A stretch of 52,253 bases of DNA from Macrostomum lignano (GCA_002269645.1 NIVC01004272.1:1-52253), one strand, 5' to 3'; counted from the first letter of the stretch, positions 33,473 to 48,420 are shown. Translations and numbers: made by a program. Notes: generated by a model not told the origin, from the letters alone.

Positions 33473-35560
33473 AGTCTCACCACATTGAGTCTCACCACAT
33501 TGAGTCTCACCATATTGAGTCTCACCATATTGAGTCTCACCACATTGAGTCTCACCACATTGAGTCTCACCACATTGAGTCTCACCACATTGAGTCTCAC
33601 CACATTGAGTCTCACCATATTGAGTCTCACCACATTGAGTTTCACCACATTGAGTCTCACCACATTGAGTCTCACCATATTGAGTCTCACCACATTGAGT
33701 TTCACCACATTGAGTCTCACCACATTGAGTCTCACCACATTGAGTCTCACCACATTGAGTCTCACCACATTGAGTCTCACCATATGGAGTCTCACCATAT
33801 TGAGTCTCACCATATTGAGTCTCACCACATTGAGTTTCACCACATTGAGTCTCACCACATTGAGTCTCACCATATTGAGTCTCACCATATTGAGTCTCAC
33901 CACATTGAGTCTCACCACATTGAGTCTCACCACATTGAGTCTCACCACATTGAGTCTCACCACATTGAGTCTCACCATATTGAGTCTCACCACATTGAGT
34001 TTCACCACATTGAGTCTCACCACATTGAGTCTCACCATATTGAGTCTCACCACATTGAGTTTCACCACATTGAGTCTCACCACATTGAGTCTCACCACAT
34101 TGAGTCTCACCACATTGAGTCTCACCACATTGAGTCTCACCATATGGAGTCTCACCATATTGAGTCTCACCATATTGAGTCTCACCACATTGAGTCTCAC
34201 CACATTGAGTCTCACCACATTGAGTCTCACCACATTGAGTCTCACCATATTGAGTTTCACCACATTGAGTCTCACCACATTGAGTCTCACCATATCATGA
34301 GTCTCACCACATTGAGTCTCACCATATTGAGTCTCACCATATTGAGTCTCACCACATTGAGTCTCACCACATTGAGTCTCACCATATTGAGTCTCACCAT
34401 ATTGAGTCTCACCATATTGAGTCTTACCATATCATGAGTCTCACCATATCATGGTCTCACCACATTGAGTCTCACCACATTGAGTCTCACCACATTGAGT
34501 CTCACCACATTGAGTCTCACCACGTTGAGTCTCACCACATTGAGTCTCACCACACTGGGTCTCACCACATTGAATCTCACCACATTGAGTCTCACCACAT
34601 TGAGTCTCACCATATTGAGTCTCACCATATTGAGTCTTACCATATCATGAGTCTCACCACATTGAGTCTCACCACACTGGGTCTCACCACATTGAGTTTC
34701 ACCACATTGAGTCTCACCACATTGAGTCTCACCACATTGAGTCTCACCACATTGAGTCTCACCACATTGAGTCTCACCATATTGAGTCTCACCATATTGA
34801 GTCTTACCATATCATGAGTCTCACCACATTGAGTCTCACCACACTGGGTCTCACCACATTGAGTCTCACCACATTGAGTCTCACCACATTGAGTCTCACC
34901 ATATTGAGTCTCACCATATTGAGTCTTACCATATCATGAGTCTCACCACATTGAGTCTCACCACACTGGGTCTCACCACATTGAGTCTCACCATATTGAG
35001 TCTCACCATATTGAGTCTTACCATATCATGAGTCTCACCACATTGAGTCTCACCACACTGGGTCTCACCACATTGAGTCTCACCATATTGAGTCTCACCA
35101 TATTGAGTCTTACCATATCATGAGTCTCACCACATTGAGTCTCACCACATTGAGTCTCACCATATTGAGTCTCACCACATTGAGTCTCACCACATTGAGT
35201 CTCACCACATTGAGTCTCACCACATTGAGTCTCACCATATTGAGTCTCACCATATTGAGTCTCACAATATTGAGTCTCACCATATTGAGTCTTACCATAT
35301 CATGAGTCTCACCATATCATGGTCTCACCATATTGAGTCTCACCACATTGAGTCTCACCATATTGAGTCTCACCATATTGAGTCTCACAATATTGAGTCT
35401 CACCATATTGAGTCTTACCATATCATGAGTCTCACCATATCATGGTCTCACCACATTGAGTCTCACCATATTGAGTCTCACCATGTTGAGTCTCACCATA
35501 TTGAGTCTCACCACATTGAGTCTCACCATATTGAGTCTCACCATACTGTCTCAATATCAC
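33473..35560. repeat. 15-bp minisatellite (GAGTCTCACCACATT), ~139 copies, with a 360-bp higher-order duplication
   Basis: Tandem periodicity. Lines starting 33481-33781 recur near-identically at 33841-34141. Confidence 0.96.
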
Positions 35561-35884
35561 ACCCTGCAGTCTCACCTCAGCCAAGATTGCGGTGAGTCTG
35601 AGACAATCCGGGTTGCTGAGTAAACCAATGCTCAGCCGGACACTGAATTGGCACTGGGGGAGCTGATTAAATATTAAACGAACCCACAGCCCCGCGCGCA
35701 CCCAGAACTGCCCAAGCACCTCATTCCCAGGTCTGGCATCGCTTACCCCAGCCTCTGCTGTCTCTTGCCGCTGTCCTCTTCCATTCGGCAGGTGCTCAGC
35801 CATGGAATTCTGCTAAGAGAAAGCTCAAAAATGCACAATATGCTGACTCAGTATCCACGGGCCCAGTTAGAACTCTATATGCAT

Positions 35885-36115
35885 TGTGACGGGCAAACCA
35901 ACTCAGCGCTAAACGCGTCTGACTCGATTGTGCCACGCGACCCCACATTTATTTGGGGCTTGTGTGTGCACGAAAATTGGCCAGGGTGGTTGTCCTGCGA
36001 TTCACAGGCCATGAGGGCCAACCACCAAGGCACAGAGACTGTACATGCCTGATGATTAGGCAGTCAGGACTGCTGTACACCCTGTGTGAGCGTGTGTATG
36101 AGTGCGTGCCAGCGT
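35885..36115 (+). mobile_element. Diverged, truncated copy of the SINE family at 41802, ending at the 41-bp array
   Basis: Colinear shared motifs with 41850-42030: CTCGATT, CACATT.ATTTGGGGCT, TGAGGGCCA, TGTACATGCCT, CTGTACAC.CCTGTGTGAG.GTGTG. Confidence 0.6.
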
Positions 36116-36116
36116 A

Positions 36117-39100
36117 TGAGATCTGCCACCCAATCACAGCAGGGCAAGTTTTGAAAGCTCAGATCTGCCACCCAATCACAGCAGGGCGAGTTTTGAAGCT
36201 CAGATCTGCCACCCAATCACAGCAGGATGAGTTTTGAAGCTCAGATCTGCCACCCAATCACAGCAGGATGAGTTTTGAAGCTCAGATCTGTCACCCAATC
36301 ACAGCAAGATGAGTTTTGAAGCTCAGATCTGCCACCCAATCACAGCAGGGCGAGTTTTGAAGCTCAGATCTGTCACCCAATCACAGCAAGATGAGTTTTG
36401 AAGCTCAGATCTGCCACCCAATCACAGCAGGGCGAGTTTTGAAGCTCAGATCTGCCACCCAATCACAGCAGGGCGAGTTTTGAAGCTCAGATCTGCCACC
36501 CAATCACAGCAGGGCGAGTTTTGATAGCTCAGATCTGTCACCCAATCACAGCAAGGTGAGTTTTGAAGCTCAGATCTGCCACCCAATCACAGCAGGGCGA
36601 GTTTTGAAGCTCAGATCTGCCACCCAATCACAGCAGGGCGAGTTTTGAAGCTCAGATCTGCCACCCAATCACAGCAGGGCGAGTTTTGATAGCTCAGATC
36701 TGTCACCCAATCACAGCAAGGTGAGTTTTGAAGCTCAGATCTGCCATCCAATCACAGCAGGGCGAGTTTTGAAGCTCAGATCTGTCACCCAATCACAACA
36801 GGGCGAGTTTTCAAGCTCAGATCTGCCACCCAATCACAGCAGGGCGAGTTTTGAAGCTCAGATCTGCCACCCAATCACAGCAGGGCGAGTTTTGATAGCT
36901 CAGATCTGTCACCCAATCACAGCAAGGCGAGTTTTGAAAGCTCAGATCTGCCACCCAATCACAGTAGGTTGAGTTTTGAAAGCTCAGATCTGCCACCCAA
37001 TCACAGCAGGTCGAGTTTTGAAAGCTCAGATCTGCCACGCAATCACAGCAGGTTGAGTTTTGAAACTCAAGTCTGCCACCCAATCACAGCAAGGCGAGTT
37101 TTGAAAGCTCAGATCTGCCACGCAATCACAGTAGGTTGAGTTTTGAAGCTCAAATCTGCCACCCAATCACAGCAGGGTGAGTTTTGAAGCTCAGATCTGC
37201 CACCCAATCACAGCAGGGCGAGTTTTGATAGCTCAGATCTGTCACCCAATCACAGCAAGGCGAGTTTTGAAAGCTCAGATCTGCCACCCAATCACAGTAG
37301 GTTGAGTTTTGAAGCTCAAATCTGCCACCCAATCACAGCAGGGTGAGTTTTGAAGCTCAGATCTGCCACCCAATCACAGCAGGGCGAGTTTTGAAAGCTC
37401 AGATCTGCCACCCAATCACAGCAGGATGAGTTTTGAAGCCCAGATCTGCCACCCAATCACAGCAGGTTGAGTTTTGAAACTCAAGTCTGCCACCCAATCA
37501 CAGCAAGGCGAGTTTTGAAAGCTCAGATCTGCCACCCAATCACAGTAGGTTGAGTTTTGAAGCTCAAATCTGCCACCCAATCACAGCAGGGTGAGTTTTG
37601 AAGCTCAGATCTGCCACCCAATCACAGCAGGGCGAGTTTTGATAGCTCAGATCTGCCATCCAATCACAGCAGGGCGAGTTTTGAAAGCTCAGATCTGCCA
37701 CGCAATCACAGCAGGATGAGTTTTGAAGCCCAGATCTGCCACCCAATCACAGCAGGGCGAGTTTTGAAAGCTCAGATCTGCCACCCAATCACAGCAAGGT
37801 GAGTTGTGAAGCTCAGATCTGCCACCCAATCACAGCAGGTTGAGTTTTGAAACTCAAGTCTGCCACCCAATCACAGCAAGGCGAGTTTTGAAAGCTCAGA
37901 TCTGCCACCCAATCACAGTAGGTTGAGTTTTGAAGCTCAAATCTGCCACCCAATCACAGCAGGGTGAGTTTTGAAGCTCAGATCTGCCACCCAATCACAG
38001 CAGGTTGAGTTTTGAAACTCAAGTCTGCCACCCAATCACAGCAAGGCGAGTTTTGAAAGCTCAGATCTGCCACGCAATCACAGCAGGATGAGTTTTGAAG
38101 CCCAGATCTGCCACCCAATCACAGCAGTGCGAGTTTTGAAAGCTCAGATCTGCCACCCAATCACAGCAAGGTGAGTTGTGAAGCTCAGATCTGCCACCCA
38201 ATCACAGCAGGTTGAGTTTTGAAACTCAAGTCTGCCACCCAATCACAGCAGGGCGAGTTGTTTTGAAGCTCAGATCTGCCACCCAATCACAGCAGGTTGA
38301 GTTTTGAAACTCAAGTCTGCCACCCAATCACAGCAGGGCGAGTTGTTTTGAAGCTCAGATCTGTCACCCAATCACAGCAGGTTGAGTTTTGAAACTCAAG
38401 TCTGCCACCCAATCACAGCAAGGCGAGTTTTGAAAGCTCAGATCTGCCACCCAATCACAGCAGGATGAGTTTTGAAGCCCAGATCTGCCACCCAATCACA
38501 GCAGGTTGAGTTTTGAAACTCAAGTCTGCCACCCAATCACAGCAGGGCGAGTTGTTTTGAAGCTCAGATCTGTCACCCAATCACAGCAGGTTGAGTTTTG
38601 AAACTCAGATCTGCCACCCAATCACAGCAAGATGAGTTTTGAAGCTCAGATCTGCCACCCAATCACAGCAAGGCGAATTTTGATAGCTCAGATCTGCCAT
38701 CCAATCACAGCAGGATGAGTTTTGATAGCTCAGATCTGCCACCCAATCACAGCAAGATGAGTTTTGAAGCTCAGATCTGCCACCCAATCACAGCAAGATG
38801 AGTTTTGAAGCTCAGATCTGCCACCCAATCACAGCAGGGCGAGTTTTGAAGCTCAGATCTGTCACCCAATCACAGCAAGATGAGTTTTGAAGCTCAGATC
38901 TGCCACCCAATCACAGCAGGGCGAGTTTTGAAGCTCAGATCTGCCACCCAATCACAGCAGGGCGAGTTTTGAAGCTCAGATCTGCCACCCAATCACAGCA
39001 GGGCGAGTTTTGATAGCTCAGATCTGTCACCCAATCACAGCAAGGTGAGTTTTGAAGCTCAGATCTGCCACCCAATCACAGCAGGGCGAGTTTTGAAGCT

Positions 39101-41325
39101 CAGATCTGCCACCCAATCACAGCAGGGCGAGTTTTGAAGCTCAGATCTGCCACCCAATCACAGCAGGGCGAGTTTTGATAGCTCAGATCTGTCACCCAAT
39201 CACAGCAAGGTGAGTTTTGAAGCTCAGATCTGCCATCCAATCACAGCAGGGCGAGTTTTGAAGCTCAGATCTGTCACCCAATCACAACAGGGCGAGTTTT
39301 CAAGCTCAGATCTGCCACCCAATCACAGCAGGGCGAGTTTTGAAGCTCAGATCTGCCACCCAATCACAGCAGGGCGAGTTTTGATAGCTCAGATCTGTCA
39401 CCCAATCACAGCAAGGCGAGTTTTGAAAGCTCAGATCTGCCACCCAATCACAGTAGGTTGAGTTTTGAAAGCTCAGATCTGCCACCCAATCACAGCAGGT
39501 CGAGTTTTGAAAGCTCAGATCTGCCACGCAATCACAGCAGGTTGAGTTTTGAAACTCAAGTCTGCCACCCAATCACAGCAAGGCGAGTTTTGAAAGCTCA
39601 GATCTGCCACGCAATCACAGTAGGTTGAGTTTTGAAGCTCAAATCTGCCACCCAATCACAGCAGGGTGAGTTTTGAAGCTCAGATCTGCCACCCAATCAC
39701 AGCAGGGCGAGTTTTGATAGCTCAGATCTGTCACCCAATCACAGCAAGGCGAGTTTTGAAAGCTCAGATCTGCCACCCAATCACAGTAGGTTGAGTTTTG
39801 AAGCTCAAATCTGCCACCCAATCACAGCAGGGTGAGTTTTGAAGCTCAGATCTGCCACCCAATCACAGCAGGGCGAGTTTTGAAAGCTCAGATCTGCCAC
39901 CCAATCACAGCAGGATGAGTTTTGAAGCCCAGATCTGCCACCCAATCACAGCAGGTTGAGTTTTGAAACTCAAGTCTGCCACCCAATCACAGCAAGGCGA
40001 GTTTTGAAAGCTCAGATCTGCCACCCAATCACAGTAGGTTGAGTTTTGAAGCTCAAATCTGCTACCCAATCACAGCAGGGTGAGTTTTGAAGCTCAGATC
40101 TGCCACCCAATCACAGCAGGGCGAGTTTTGATAGCTCAGATCTGCCATCCAATCACAGCAGGGCGAGTTTTGAAAGCTCAGATCTGCCACGCAATCACAG
40201 CAGGATGAGTTTTGAAGCCCAGATCTGCCACCCAATCACAGCAGGGCGAGTTTTGAAAGCTCAGATCTGCCACCCAATCACAGCAAGGTGAGTTGTGAAG
40301 CTCAGATCTGCCACCCAATCACAGCAGGTTGAGTTTTGAAACTCAAGTCTGCCACCCAATCACAGCAAGGCGAGTTTTGAAAGCTCAGATCTGCCACCCA
40401 ATCACAGTAGGTTGAGTTTTGAAGCTCAAATCTGCCACCCAATCACAGCAGGGTGAGTTTTGAAGCTCAGATCTGCCACCCAATCACAGCAGGTTGAGTT
40501 TTGAAACTCAAGTCTGCCACCCAATCACAGCAGTGCGAGTTTTGAAAGCTCAGATCTGCCACCCAATCACAGCAAGGTGAGTTGTGAAGCTCAGATCTGC
40601 CACCCAATCACAGCAGGTTGAGTTTTGAAACTCAAGTCTGCCACCCAATCACAGCAGGGCGAGTTGTTTTGAAGCTCAGATCTGCCACCCAATCACAGCA
40701 GGTTGAGTTTTGAAACTCAAGTCTGCCACCCAATCACAGCAGGGCGAGTTGTTTTGAAGCTCAGATCTGTCAGCCAATCACAGCAGGTTGAGTTTTGAAA
40801 CTCAAGTCTGCCACCCAATCACAGCAAGGCGAGTTTTGAAAGCTCAGATCTGCCACCCAATCACAGCAGGATGAGTTTTGAAGCCCAGATCTGCCACTCA
40901 ATCACAGCAGGTTGAGTTTTGAAACTCAAGTCTGCCACCCAATCACAGCAGGGCGAGTTGTTTTGAAGCTCAGATCTGTCACCCAATCACAGCAGGTTGA
41001 GTTTTGAAACTCAGATCTGCCACCCAATCACAGCAAGATGAGTTTTGAAGCTCAGATCTGCCACCCAATCACAGCAAGGCGAATTTTGATAGCTCAGATC
41101 TGCCATCCAATCACAGCAGGATGAGTTTTGATAGCTCAGATCTGCCACCCAATCACAGCAAGATGAGTTTTGAAGCTCAGATCTGCCACCCAATCACAGC
41201 AAGATGAGTTTTGAAGCTCAGATCTGCCACCCAATCACAGCAAGGCGAATTTTGATAGCTCAGATCTGCCATCCAATCACAGCAGGATGAGTTTTGATAG
41301 CTCAGATCTGCCACCCAATCACAGT
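36117..41325. repeat. 41-42 bp satellite (CTCAGATCTGCCACCCAATCACAGCAGGGCGAGTTTTGAAG), ~126 copies, with a ~2.4-2.5 kb higher-order duplication
   Basis: Tandem periodicity. Identical variant ORFs recur at +2489 (36721/39210, 36817/39306, 37150/39639) and +2406 (38605/41011). Confidence 0.97.
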
Positions 41326-41801
41326 GCAGCACTCTGATAGCGAACCCTACCTCCACTGCACCCGAAAAATTTATGAAGACGATAGGCAACCACTTAAGTT
41401 TCATTGGTTTTACAATGTTTACCAATAAGCTGTGTGTCTATTGATTGGAATAATTTAAAGAAAACTATTCATGGTAGGTAATCAAAAGTTAATTTTGAAC
41501 TCGTCTGCTTTGATGCAGACACAGAAGAGAGCAATGTAAATAGGACGGAAAATTTATTGATGGAAACCGAATCTGATAGCTGTTTATGGCATAAATAGAT
41601 TTCTTGTGCATTGGAAGACAGATGGATTAAAAGACAGGTTTAAGAAATTATAGCATCAAAATATTACGAGTACATATGCTTGTCAAGTACTGGATGATTA
41701 CCTTTAGAAGTAACAAAATTAATCGTAATTCGTGAAAAATGATTTTCTATTTAACTTCCCGACTGTGAATAAGAATTGGAATAATTGTCACCCTCAACCC
41801 A

Positions 41802-42200
41802 GGGAGCCGTAGCCTAGCGGTCTAGCGCGGCGTTCTGATGCACCAGCGGCCCAGGCTCGATTCCAAGTGCAGTCACATTAATTTGGGGCTGAGTTGGAAT
41901 CTCGGCTTGGCTCTGCTCGTACCATTAACGCCCTTGAGGGCCAGCCCCAAAGGATAGGGAAGTGTACATGCCTATTAAAGTTAAGGCCGCTGTACACTCC
42001 TGTGTGAGTGTGTGCCTGTGCGTATGACTGCGTACGTATCCGCGCGCTTGTGTGCCTGCTCAGGGGAGTCGGCGGAATGGGCAGCAATGCCTCTCGACGG
42101 TTGTGCGACAATGTCGCTTAAAGTGCCCCAGGGTGCACACAGCCCGCCTGTTTCTAACTGACTAAAGGAGTCCCTCTCCCCAGCACCGCGTAGCCATGGG
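41802..42200 (+). mobile_element. tRNA-derived SINE, second family; 3' end uncertain
   Basis: GGG start, A box TAGCCTAGCGG (41810-41820), B box GGCTCGATTCC (41854-41864), GC-richer body in an AT-rich background, and a homologous copy at 35885-36115. Confidence 0.65.
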
Positions 42201-42879
42201 ATCAAGTGTACCGATATGTTTTGTAAATATCTTTTTGCGGTGCAAAATTGAATTTCAAGGAAGTCAAATTGAAAGAGACAGACAGAGATTCTAAGCCAGC
42301 TTAGGTGCGCAGTCTCAAGTGCTGGAGTCGGAATGTGAAGTACGAGAGCTCATCAGCGTAAAAATAGAAATAAAACGTCGCCAAAATCACGGGAAAAACC
42401 CACAAAATATGACGCTGGAAGACGGGTCGACAACGTTGAGGAAATATTTAATAAAAAATAGACAAAAAAACCTTGCAAAACCGTGCTTATTTCTATGGAA
42501 GAATATTAAAACTATTTGGAAGAAGAATAAATAAAATTTCGGCAGGAAAAACATAGTACTATAAGTAGGAAAATGAATGTCTCGTCACAGTTGTGCCATG
42601 CTTTACGTCCGGTGCGAACCGAAGCTCAAGAATGCGTGAAGACTTGACATCTGGAATTGGTTAGCAAAAAGGTCAGACCAAGGACTCCGATCCACGAGAA
42701 TTCCCCTTCAAAGATTTCCGCACGGGGTTTGCCCCAGGATTCCCATACAATGATTGCCAGTTCAATAATTACCTCGAAGATTCATTTCAAAGAAAACCTT
42801 TCCAAGGGGTCATAAAAAGTCTCCTTCAATATTCCTCTACAACGATTCCCAGTCAAAAACTCCCTCCAAGGATCAAGCA

Positions 42880-43350
42880 TTCACCTCCAAGGATTCACCC
42901 AAGAATTCTCCTTCAAGGATTCTCATCTAAGATCCACCTCCAAGGATTCCCTCCGAAGGATTCCCCATCCAAGGATTCCCCATCCGAGGATTCCCCTCCA
43001 AGAATTTTCCTTCAAGGGTTCGCATCTAAGATTCCCATTCAATGATTCTCCTCAAAGGGCTCCCTTTCAAGGATTCACCTCCAAGGATTCCCCTCAAGGA
43101 TTCCCCGTTAAGAGTTCTCCAAGGAATCTCCTTAAATGATTGCCCTTTCCGATATTCGCGTCAAAGGATTCTCCTTTAAGGATTTCCCTTCAGGGATTCC
43201 CTTTAAGGATTTTCCTTCAGGGATTCCCCTTTAAGGATTTCCCTTCAGGGATTCCCCTTTAAGGATTTCCCTTCAGGGATTACCCTTTAAGGATTTCCCT
43301 CCAGGGATTCCCCTACAAGGATTCTCCTTCAAAGACTCCCTCCAAGGATT
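42880..43350. repeat. Degenerate ~19-20 bp repeat (AAGGATTCCCCT core) downstream of the calcyphosine-like gene
   Basis: Recurrent AAGGATT(C/T)CC motifs; more regular at 43170-43320. Confidence 0.75.
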
Positions 43351-43481
43351 ACCCTGAAAACGAACCCGGGTGCATGAGAAAGAAGCAGAAATACTGCTAA
43401 CAAAGTATTAACAAAAGAAGAGAATTAAATGTATCCCTTATCTATTCATTCTGTGAATCTATTCACCATCCCGATCTCCTC

Positions 43482-45101
<1,620 letters not shown>

Positions 45102-46137
45102 GGTACTTTTGCGTATTTAATTTGGTTTTTTCTGGCTTTAGTGCAATTTGTTTGTTAAACTAATCTGATCCTTTGTTTGCTCCTGCTGGCATAAATGTGA
45201 GCAAGCAGTGACAGACAGTGTTATATCAAACTGTTATGTCAAATGAAACAATTGATTTGATAGAACTTATAAAATAGTATTGTGTTTATGAGGCAATTGC
45301 CAATTGAAAAATATATTCAAAAAATAATAAAAACAGGGTTAGAGGGTTGTAATTCAAAAAGAGAATGGTATTGCTTTTGGCATAATTTATTAAAATTAAT
45401 AAAAATATCATGCTGATAAACCACTTTTGGCTTTCAAAAATTATGGATTTAAAGTAATGATAATAAGCAAATTATTTTTTACTATTCTTTCTCAAACTTG
45501 CTAGCATTTCACAGACAAACTATTCTTGGAGGCAAAGAAAAGTTTTATTTAGCATAGCATAATGCTTTCTTCAAGTTATACTACTCTTTTGACTTGATCA
45601 AAACTCAAAATAAAAGCCTCTTAAGTCATTCTACATTAATTTTTGAAAAATTCAAAACATTATTGTGGCGAATTTCAGTAAAATACTTAAAATTACAAAA
45701 GCTTATTACTTTCATGCATATTTTTGCCTAAAGTAAGTATTGTATAATAAAATAAAAATTGTAAAAATTGTAAACTGCACAAGATGCTAAGATAAATATA
45801 ATCGGTACCAATCCTAGAAAAAACTGTTGCTGCTAGAGCTGTTTTCCTTAGTAAATACTTTGGACTCTGACTTAAACTTGTTACTAATAACAATTAATCA
45901 AAAGATAGTAGCAACCAATTTTCAAATAAATGTGTTTTCCTATTCAAATGTTCGAATTTAGAGTGAAAACACTAAGAGTCCGGTTTAAATCGTTCTTCAC
46001 TATGGAAATCACAAGTTCGAGTACAATGTATTTTTGGGAAAGGCATATTTTACCTACAATAATTGAATAAACTCTTCGGAAACTTCGAATTTGAAATACT
46101 GCAAAAATGCTTTGTAATTGGTCAGAACATTATATCC

Positions 46138-46151
46138 GTTACCGTGGCAAC
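46138..46151. promoter_or_regulatory. RFX X-box (GTTACCGTGGCAAC) upstream of IFT22
   Basis: One mismatch from the palindromic GTTRCCATGGYAAC consensus, ending 68 bp before the ATG of an IFT gene, the classic RFX target class. Confidence 0.7.
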
Positions 46152-46218
46152 TATGCAGTAGATATTTTAAAATCGAATTCCAGAGAAATTTACAAGAAAT
46201 ACAGCCGTCTCTGGCAGC

Positions 46219-46779
46219 ATGAACAGACTAAAGCTTCTTGTTGTTGGGCCTGTGGCCTGCGGAAAGACATATCTGACGAATTTTCTCTCTGAAGCAATCG
46301 AGCAAAGCAGTGGAGAATATCGTCCAACTCAAGCTTGTCGCATTGTGGAGTATGAGACCGAGGTTAAGTCTAAAGGCAAGGCAGCCAATATAGAAGTGCA
46401 ATTGTGGGACATCAGCGGCGACAAGAAGTTTGCGTCTTGCTGGCCAGCACTAGTCTCAAGCGTCAATGGAGTTGTTTTCGTCTACAACCAGGACCAGCCT
46501 CAGCAATCTGAGGAACTTGACCAGCTGTACCAGTTCTTCGTTCAAAATCACGGAATCAAGGACACCCAGTGCTGCGTGATCTCGCACAAGAAGCCAAACA
46601 CTGCAGACATGGACAGCCTTCAGCTGTCAGACAAGTTCGAAAATGTGAGAACAGTGGCTTCGGATATTCCCAGCGCTGGAGATCAGCTTCGAGATGACTT
46701 TAACAACTTTCTCCTCCATGCCTACCAGAGCATGAATGAGAACGCTGAGCAGGATGAGCTGAATATTCTTGGCCGATGA
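46219..46779 (+). CDS. IFT22: Intraflagellar transport protein 22 (RABL5), single coding exon, 186 aa
   Basis: KLLVVGPVACGKT P-loop, EYRPTQACRIVEYE, QLWDISGDKKF..CWPAL, GVVFVYN, atypical G4 region and no C-terminal prenylation motif, as in IFT22. Confidence 0.9.
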   Translation: MNRLKLLVVGPVACGKTYLTNFLSEAIEQSSGEYRPTQACRIVEYETEVKSKGKAANIEVQLWDISGDKKFASCWPALVSSVNGVVFVYNQDQPQQSEELDQLYQFFVQNHGIKDTQCCVISHKKPNTADMDSLQLSDKFENVRTVASDIPSAGDQLRDDFNNFLLHAYQSMNENAEQDELNILGR

Positions 46780-47533
46780 GCAATTCACTTTTTGCAAGCT
46801 TTTTTATCGTATTTGACTATAGTCTATTCTGGAATCTTGTTCAATGCCAGAAAATGGATATATTAAATTTCATAGAATAAATTTGAACATTTCAAACAGT
46901 TTTTAAATTAATTTTTTGCCTTTGAATTTTTTCACTAACAGAACTGTGAATTTGCATATTGTATTGACTGACCAAATAAACAAATTGATCAATAAAAATC
47001 CATCAGTGTTATGGATTAACACTAAAAGTACAACTTAAATCCAATATAATTTGAAACACTGTTTTGTTTTATATATCTTCATTCTTAAATTGGCTTTTAC
47101 TGTTTAAAAACTTTTATTAAAAAGCAATAAACAGGACAGGATGGATGCAGTTGTTTGACAGATATGTGACTATTTTTGCCCTAATCTGCAAGATATTGAA
47201 TTTTTTTTATATTGTGATGATTTTTATAAAGTTCGAAAAATGTGCTTACCAATTAATTGTCAATGTAAACTCGATGTAAATTTTCTTTTTTTAATCCCAA
47301 AGACATCAACTGCTTTAGACATCTGCTTACTGTGCCTTAATGGCCAATGCAGTGGCTGATTGACTGTACTTTTAAGGGACTAGCGGTGTTTAATGATGGT
47401 ACCCCCAGAGTTGCTATGGCTGCATATGTACAACTGGGATTCCGGATTTCCTGTCATTAAACAGCGACGGTCAGGTGTACCTAATTGTTTAATTGTTAGG
47501 GAGAATAAGTTAACGGTTCCAAGTGTGCTATAG

Positions 47534-48196
47534 TATGGCTTTTTGCAGTCCACTTGGGCTTGAGCGCATTGAATCTAATCCAAGATACGTTTGCCGATGT
47601 AACGGAGCTTTTGTCTCTGGTAGCAAGGCTGGCACCGCGGCATTTAGTCGTAATGTGGTCCAACAAGCGTCAATTTGGTCCATAGCTTCATTTGCAACTG
47701 TTGTGGAGGAGCAAGATCAGCCCCAGAATTGTGGACCACATGCATAGGCTGTTAAACGAATGCCATTGGCTTGTGATCGAAGCATCCGACAGAGGTCAAA
47801 GGATAATGCAAGGTTGCAAGATTGTTGAATGTAAAAGAAAAGATGGTTTACAGCATCCATCAGCTTGTTGAAACCACTGGCGGCAGAGATTGAATGCGAA
47901 AGAGTGGCAAATCGCCAAGGCAAGTTGCTCGAGAGCCTCAGGTCCAGCTGCTACTCGATGCAGCTGAGACAAACCCTTTGTTCACGTTGCAGAAAATGCA
48001 GCAGAAGTTGAAAGAGAAGTTGAAGTTAGTTGAAAGAAGAGAAGTTGCAGCAGAAGACCAAATTGATGCTTGTTGGACCGAACTAAATGACGCTGTGCCA
48101 GCCTTGCTACCAGAGACAAAAGCTCCGTTACATTGGCAAACGTATCTTGGATTAGATTCAATGCGCTCAAGCCCAAGTGAACTGCAAAAAGCCATA
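47534..48196. repeat. Inverted repeat, ~145-bp arms (47534-47680 and 48056-48196), ~375-bp spacer
   Basis: The reverse complement of 48056-48196 matches 47534-47680. The track shows the same peptide, MAFCS.LGLERIESNPRYVC.CNGAFVSGSKAGTA, from + 47523 and - 48213. Confidence 0.9.
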
Positions 48197-48420
48197 TTAA
48201 ACTTAAACGACAACGCAACAGCTTCAACAATCTCAGTTGGCTACTGTGCCAAAAACTGTCTATGGTTAAACCTTATACATACTTCAGCTGACTTAGTCAA
48301 TGAGTTCTTTTTACTGCCGTTAAAAGTATCAGGAGCTCAAAACTATATTTGTATAGAAGTGCCTCGAACTACAGTACTAGAATAGTGTAGGTCTATAGCC
48401 ACTGCCCCCTGTCTCCCTAC

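Noticed and set aside
33412-35595. VRLNV / SLTTL / ESHHI repeat ORFs
   Set aside because: Translations of a 15-bp minisatellite, with no splice or start context.
36117-41325. CRISPR-like array (also considered for the 36-bp array at 5868 and the 32-bp array at 7485)
   Set aside because: Units abut directly with no unique spacers, there are no cas genes, and the context is eukaryotic.
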